From an uncultured Bacteroidota bacterium (GTDB taxonomy: Bacteria > Bacteroidota > Bacteroidia > NS11-12g > UBA955), in assembly GCA_903959115.1 (NCBI GenBank), contig CAJBVU010000206.1:1-30327 (forward strand): DNA of 30,327 bases. Direction: 5' to 3'. The notes under the pieces were generated by a model that saw nothing but the letters and a program-made list of their open reading frames with translations, was not told the origin of the DNA and did no database searches. This document shows positions 24,780 through 30,327 of this stretch, piece after piece. The position numbers and the translations under genes are program-made. The first letter of the stretch is position 1. Each line of letters opens with the position of its first letter.

Positions 24780-27700
24780 ATGAAAGGTTTTATTACAATA
24801 ATGAAAAGTGCACTGCTAACTTTAGTAGCTGCATTTGCAATGATTGGCGACACTGCGGCGCAGTGTACCATCCAGTACAGCGGATCACCTTGCGTAGGAA
24901 CTCCTGTAAGTTTCTATGGAGCGTCTTCAGGTACAACCCACGACTGGGATTTCAACGGAGAAGGATCGCAAACAGGATTGAAAAACTTGAATTTTTCCTT
25001 CAAAACTGCGGGAAATAAGACGGTAACTTACATCACTACAATCAACGGTACCAAGTGTACGTCTACGTTGAATTTGGTCGTAAGGACAGCGCCAACAATT
25101 AAGTTGAAATTGCAAAACTTGTACGAACAGTGTTTTGAAAAGAACTTGTTCTGTTTCACGGATAGTTCATTCAACAAGAATGGTTCTAAAATAGATAAGA
25201 TTCGTTACTTGGTTAGTGATGGTCAATTGTTTGAATACACCAAGCCAACTATGCCTCAGACTTTTTGTTTTTCTGTGAAGGACGAGCGTGGTGGAAGTTT
25301 CGACATTTTTGTGGAGGTAACCGATGAGTGGGGTTGTGTAGATACCATGAAATTGGTAGGTGCCGTTAAAGTCCGTGAAAAGATTGGAGCTCGTTTTACA
25401 AGTAATAAGCCAGTAGCTTGTGATAGTGTAACGGCAACCATTCAAAATATTTCACGTATCGATAAGAGTCAAGTGAAGAAAATCATTTGGTATTGGGGTG
25501 ATGGATCTACCACTACGGATTGGGGACCAACGATTAAAAAGACATTTTACGGACAAGGAACATATAATTCCAAAGTTGTGATTGAAACGCTAGATGGCTG
25601 TAAAGACTCTTTCACGGTTACCGCAGCCGCCTCAGTATTTAAGTCGAGGGCTAAAATTTGGGCTAGTAGGGATTCAGTCTGTGTTTCTGATCCAAAAATT
25701 GATTTTGGTGTAGACCAAATTCCTTCGGGAGCTACCGGTTTGTTGTGGAACTTTGGTGACCCAAATACTGGGCCTCAGAATTTTGACAACAAGAGCTGGA
25801 CTACAAGTCACTCTTTCTCTGGCCTTGGACCTTTCTTGATCAATTTGACTTATTCTCACCCCATTTGTGGTAATAAATCGGCATATGATACCATTATTGT
25901 ATTGGGTCCGGCTTCAACCATTGAAGTATCGGGAAATCGTTTGGCAGAATTTGAGGTATTCCAATGTCCAAAGGATGTAATGGATACGGTTCACTTTAAG
26001 AACTTCTCAACTTTCTATCATAATGATCGCGATTTTACAGACGATGATAGTACATTCTACAAATGGAATGGAACTTTAGGTCACACATTTCAAAAGAATG
26101 CCAACGGTACTCCAAGACAAGTTTGGCAAAAACCTCTGCGAAATGATACAAACTCAAATGGTACTAAGAGTGTTTATGCAGGTGGAACAATTGCACCGGC
26201 CGGTGGAAATGATTATTTAAAGCGTGAGCGTGTTTGTGCTGTTAGACTTTGGGATTTCAGTGATACATATGCACCAAAGTGTACTACGGATGTAACCAGG
26301 AATAAAAACGTTTTTGTAAACTGTCAGTACTCTCGCGATACATTGCCAACGCACTATTACAAATCATGGGATTTGATTTTGTTGGAAAGGTTTAAGACAT
26401 CGCCAATGGAAGATGCGATTTTCATTACAAAAACCGGTGTATGTAAAAAGATTCAGGTTTGGGCATCGGATACTTTGTGGGTTGTGTTGGATACTATTGT
26501 GTTTGTTCCTAAGACCAGCGCAGATTCGGCGACAGCGGCATCAACCAAATACAAGAATTCTATCAAGAAGTATGCACCTTACTATAAAATGAAGGGAATT
26601 GGTGAGCGATTGGTAGAGGATTCCGTTACGATTACTTTGGGTTCAAAAGATTCCGTATATATTAATAAGACATTACATGTTGGTCCAAAGACAGTGTTGG
26701 CAAAGGATAAGGACATTATCCGATTGACAAGCAAGACGGATTCAATTGTTTATAATTTCTATACATATACTCGTAGGGATACGTTGCCTTTGCCCCTGCT
26801 TAAGATTCGATTAGCGAAGGGCGAAAAGCCTACACAATTAAAGATGTTGTTGATGTCGAAGATGGGCCGTTTCAATGGCTTGAATTATGGCACTGATTAC
26901 ATCATTGATTACAAGCGATACCGTGAATTATATTATGCTAGGATTCCTCAGTGTAATAACGTGAAGTTAAACCATAAGGATACTTGTCACCCAATGAAGT
27001 GTGAAAGCGAAGCAACCAAGACTTTGGCGATGCTTCATGCCAATGCGGGTGGTGTTGGATCTGGTTTGTTGAAAGATGCGATTGAATGTTTGGGTGCTAA
27101 GAACCCACAATATGGTATCACCTTTATCTTGAGTGATTTAAAGCCAGGATGTACTTTCTCGATGGTTGAAATCAACTTTGATTCAACTTGTAATCCAAAT
27201 GGTTGGGTTGCTTTGAGTGGTTTGAGTGGTGGTAACCGACCTCCAGGGCCTCCATTCCCAGGATATCAACCTGCGGGTAACCCACCAAACAGATATTCTA
27301 AGCAATATTCTGCGTCTCAAGTGTGCGATCCGAGTGGCTGTATTACGGTTGGTATTATTGTAGGTAATGGTGTTCGCAAGCCGGGTACTTTTTCTCCCCC
27401 AACCAAGGATCGTCCAATCTGTACTGATACTCAGTGGTATAGGCAGTTTGCATGTTTCCCGATGATTGATCCTGCATTTGAGGTGATTATTCCAAAGCCA
27501 AATTCCGTAGGTATTCGTAAGATTTGTAAGGGAGATCCAGTGATCGTTCGTCCGATACCTGGCAACAAGACCAAAACAGATGATCTTAAATCACTTCGTT
27601 GGTCTTTTGAAACCGGTAATGCGAGTCCATCATACTCAAAAGGATGGCGCCGTTATGTCCAAGAAGATTATTTCAGATATCAAAAGGTACCTGGAAAAAA

Positions 27701-30161
27701 CCCAGCTCGTTTGTATAACTATGTGGTTCAAACACGTGGTGGTGAAGATCCCGTGCAGGTTCCATGTACAGATATTTGGAATGATGGAAATACTAAAATC
27801 ACAAAGAGAGATACCATCTTCACTGCTGAAATTCGTGCTTGGTCAGTAGGTGCAGACGTATCAGCTGTTTGGGACAGAATGAAAGAGCGTTTGGACGCCC
27901 GTGGATTTGATCCATTCTCTTTGTCACCCGCACAAATTGCCCAAATGATTTGGAATAACAAAGGCGTTATTGGTCAGCCAGCGACGGGTGCTTATGGTTG
28001 TATTGATACCACTGGTTTTGGTAGATTCATTCGCTACTATTTCATTCCGAATAAAGACAGTACGACGATTTTGCATTATCGCGATACAACAATTCGTCCT
28101 ACTGACATTAATAAAGTAAGTGGTGTAGATTATCCATCATATCGTTTCATTCCTAAATGGGTTGGATATCATTTGGTGAGTGTATCGATGACTTCATCCA
28201 ACGGAAAGTGTGATGACATTGCTGCATTCCCAGTATTGGTTGGTTTTGCAATGGAGTTGGAATTGCCAGATAGTATTATCTGTCAAGATCAGGCAACGAG
28301 CTTGAAGGCTTTGCCTAAGTATAAAATGTTCCACCCAGACCCAATTAACTTTGGAACATGGGATTTCACAGACTATTGGAGAGATCCAACACGTCAGGCT
28401 GAAACAGCACAGGGTAAGCCAAACCGCGAGCCTTTCACCAAGTGGGATTGGAACAAAGCAGATGACGATGCAACTAAGCCAATTACAATCTTTGGCGGAC
28501 AGCCTTGGGGTGGTACTGGTGTAGGTTCAACTGTGTCTCCTTGGGTTGATTTAGGAGGCGGTGGATCCGTTGCTAAGTATTACAAAGATGATTCAGGGGT
28601 ATATGTCTTTAGAAACATCGCAGGTGATAGCACTGGTTGTATGGATACAATTACTCGTAAATTATTCATTACTCGTTTGGATGTTAGGTTTAATCTGAAT
28701 GTAACTGTTCCTTCTTGTAACTCTACAATTGAATTCTTTGATAGTTCAATTATGCATGACCCATGTAGTTGGGCGATGAAGAATTGTAATGGTCCAACAC
28801 CAATGCAGTGTGACTATATCAAAGAGTGGTTTATTGATTGGGGTGATTCATCGAATAACTTGTTCAAGAGAGCTGCTTCTAATCAATCAGGTTTGCCTGA
28901 CCGTATTGGACACAAATACACCCGTAACGGATGGTTTAAAATTCAATATCGTTTGAAGACTGACCAAGGTTGTGAGGATACGTTTAGTCGTTGGATTTTG
29001 ATTCCTGGTCCACGTCCTAAATTTGAATTCACAACAAAAGCTGGAAATGAAATTACTATTTGTGAAGGTGATAGTTTGCAGTTTACCAATTTGACAGATA
29101 CGGCGTCTAGCAAATCTGATTGGACATGGTTCTGGGGTGATGGTAAGATAGATAACAAGAAAGATCAGTTCTTGTGGCATACATATAAGAAACCTGGTAA
29201 ATATTGGGTATTCTTGGAGCAGTATGACTCTTTGATATTGCCTCCTAACATCCGCAAGTTCTGTCCAGCTACATTCCCTGATACCCCATCGCAAAAGGCA
29301 TTTATCGTAACGGTATTGCCGCGTGATTCTGTCCGAGGTTTGGTGCTCAAAATGGCTATTTGTGCGGGTGATAGTAACTATTTTACCGATAATTCAGATA
29401 CAATTTTGAAATCGTATAAGTGGAGATTCGAGAATTTGAGTACAGGTCAGGTTGATACGATTACAACAGATAAGAAAAAGATGGCATGGAGATTTACCAC
29501 GCCAGGTCAGATTAGGGTATCGCACTTCGCAGACTACAATCCTAGTCATCCAAGGCCATGGTGTCCTACTGTAATGGGTGATATTATTTTCCTTGTAGAT
29601 TCTGTTGTTTCGAACTTCACAATTGACTCGTCTAAGACGCCGGATTATACCTATACACGAACAGATGTCAATGGAACACAATGGCGTTGGGGTTACAATC
29701 ACCAGAGCAACATCAAATTGACCAAAGAGCCATTGATTGTTGATTATGCTGGAAGTGATAAAATTGTAAGTGCATCTTACAGTGGTACTGATACTTTCTG
29801 GATTTGTTTAGAAGTAACCAATTCAACTGGATGTAAGGATACCATTTGTAAGCCAGTCTATGTGAACCAATTCATTTTGTTGGCCAACGTATTCACACCA
29901 GGAAATGGTGATGGAAAGAACGATGAATTCCGTGTTCCAATTGCAGGTCAGTCGTTATTTGAATTGCGCATCTACAACCGATATGGTGAGCGCGTATTTG
30001 AATCTTCAGATCCAGGATTTAAGTGGAATGGTAAGGTGAACAATGACGGTGCTGAAGTTCCATCTGGAACTTACTTCTACCAGTTGACATATCAATTCAA
30101 AGGAAAAGATAAGATTAACAAGGTGAATGGTTCGGTGAACGTAATTCGCAAAGCCCCTTAA
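24780..30161 (+). CDS. Giant (~1790 aa) Cys-rich PKD-repeat surface protein with T9SS type-B (gliding-motility-associated) CTD
   Basis: Signal peptide (MKGFITI)MKSALLTLVAAFAMIGDTAA-Q, with start at 24780 or 24801. PKD-type motifs WYWGDG, LWNFGD, IDWGDS, WFWGDG and GC.DT. CTD ANVFTPGNGDGKNDEF..IYNRYGERVF..WNG..VPSGTYFY. Confidence 0.88.
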   Translation: MKGFITIMKSALLTLVAAFAMIGDTAAQCTIQYSGSPCVGTPVSFYGASSGTTHDWDFNGEGSQTGLKNLNFSFKTAGNKTVTYITTINGTKCTSTLNLVVRTAPTIKLKLQNLYEQCFEKNLFCFTDSSFNKNGSKIDKIRYLVSDGQLFEYTKPTMPQTFCFSVKDERGGSFDIFVEVTDEWGCVDTMKLVGAVKVREKIGARFTSNKPVACDSVTATIQNISRIDKSQVKKIIWYWGDGSTTTDWGPTIKKTFYGQGTYNSKVVIETLDGCKDSFTVTAAASVFKSRAKIWASRDSVCVSDPKIDFGVDQIPSGATGLLWNFGDPNTGPQNFDNKSWTTSHSFSGLGPFLINLTYSHPICGNKSAYDTIIVLGPASTIEVSGNRLAEFEVFQCPKDVMDTVHFKNFSTFYHNDRDFTDDDSTFYKWNGTLGHTFQKNANGTPRQVWQKPLRNDTNSNGTKSVYAGGTIAPAGGNDYLKRERVCAVRLWDFSDTYAPKCTTDVTRNKNVFVNCQYSRDTLPTHYYKSWDLILLERFKTSPMEDAIFITKTGVCKKIQVWASDTLWVVLDTIVFVPKTSADSATAASTKYKNSIKKYAPYYKMKGIGERLVEDSVTITLGSKDSVYINKTLHVGPKTVLAKDKDIIRLTSKTDSIVYNFYTYTRRDTLPLPLLKIRLAKGEKPTQLKMLLMSKMGRFNGLNYGTDYIIDYKRYRELYYARIPQCNNVKLNHKDTCHPMKCESEATKTLAMLHANAGGVGSGLLKDAIECLGAKNPQYGITFILSDLKPGCTFSMVEINFDSTCNPNGWVALSGLSGGNRPPGPPFPGYQPAGNPPNRYSKQYSASQVCDPSGCITVGIIVGNGVRKPGTFSPPTKDRPICTDTQWYRQFACFPMIDPAFEVIIPKPNSVGIRKICKGDPVIVRPIPGNKTKTDDLKSLRWSFETGNASPSYSKGWRRYVQEDYFRYQKVPGKNPARLYNYVVQTRGGEDPVQVPCTDIWNDGNTKITKRDTIFTAEIRAWSVGADVSAVWDRMKERLDARGFDPFSLSPAQIAQMIWNNKGVIGQPATGAYGCIDTTGFGRFIRYYFIPNKDSTTILHYRDTTIRPTDINKVSGVDYPSYRFIPKWVGYHLVSVSMTSSNGKCDDIAAFPVLVGFAMELELPDSIICQDQATSLKALPKYKMFHPDPINFGTWDFTDYWRDPTRQAETAQGKPNREPFTKWDWNKADDDATKPITIFGGQPWGGTGVGSTVSPWVDLGGGGSVAKYYKDDSGVYVFRNIAGDSTGCMDTITRKLFITRLDVRFNLNVTVPSCNSTIEFFDSSIMHDPCSWAMKNCNGPTPMQCDYIKEWFIDWGDSSNNLFKRAASNQSGLPDRIGHKYTRNGWFKIQYRLKTDQGCEDTFSRWILIPGPRPKFEFTTKAGNEITICEGDSLQFTNLTDTASSKSDWTWFWGDGKIDNKKDQFLWHTYKKPGKYWVFLEQYDSLILPPNIRKFCPATFPDTPSQKAFIVTVLPRDSVRGLVLKMAICAGDSNYFTDNSDTILKSYKWRFENLSTGQVDTITTDKKKMAWRFTTPGQIRVSHFADYNPSHPRPWCPTVMGDIIFLVDSVVSNFTIDSSKTPDYTYTRTDVNGTQWRWGYNHQSNIKLTKEPLIVDYAGSDKIVSASYSGTDTFWICLEVTNSTGCKDTICKPVYVNQFILLANVFTPGNGDGKNDEFRVPIAGQSLFELRIYNRYGERVFESSDPGFKWNGKVNNDGAEVPSGTYFYQLTYQFKGKDKINKVNGSVNVIRKAP

Positions 30162-30184
30162 TTTTTAAATCTAGAATAAAGCTG

Positions 30185-30223
30185 AGAAAGCCCCGCAGGT
30201 TCTGCGGGGCTTTCTTTATTTTT
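30185..30223 (+). terminator. Intrinsic terminator after the giant PKD gene
   Basis: Perfect 14-bp inverted repeat AGAAAGCCCCGCAG-gtt-CTGCGGGGCTTTCT followed by TTATTTTT. Confidence 0.9.
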
Positions 30224-30327
30224 GTAGGAAACAAATATGATGTCGTTTTGGTAATTCAACCAAGGCCATACAATGAGCATTCATAATTGATGCAATAGGA
30301 TGGATGTTATTTAGTACGCAAAACGAA

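Noticed and set aside
30216-30327. 36-codon open minus-strand frame running in from the right edge and stopping at the terminator
   Set aside because: It could be the end of a convergent gene, but the peptide has no recognisable features and is too short to support.

Overview
Gene-dense chromosomal segment of a Bacteroidota bacterium. The assignment rests on T9SS C-terminal domains, a PorV-family barrel, TAnnTTTG promoter boxes and A-rich start regions with no evident Shine-Dalgarno motif. I support 16 CDS and saw no rRNA, tRNA, CRISPR array or mobile element. Left part (1-10.9 kb): alanine dehydrogenase (truncated by the window edge), a C1B cysteine aminopeptidase, a GNAT-fold protein, an M49 (DPP III-like) peptidase with an unusual Gly/Pro/Met tail, a Prc/Tsp protease, an isolated ccmB, a biotin carboxylase and a SerA-like dehydrogenase. 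Middle (11.0-19.9 kb): a three-gene outer-membrane operon encoding a large-looped TonB-dependent-receptor-like barrel, a 1294-aa protein with a T9SS type-A-like CTD and a PorV-family barrel, with no SusD. Then greA, a HIT protein, lgt and holB. Right (22.8-30.2 kb): an ECF sigma factor translationally coupled to a membrane-anchored anti-sigma-like protein that ends in a T9SS type-B CTD, followed by a ~1790-aa PKD-repeat type-B T9SS cargo rich in O-glycosylation sequons. The two best candidates for an undescribed system are the TBDR / T9SS cargo / PorV-paralog cassette and the ECF sigma / CTD-bearing anti-sigma pair. All assignments come from motif recognition by eye; no database searches were run, so novelty is unconfirmed.
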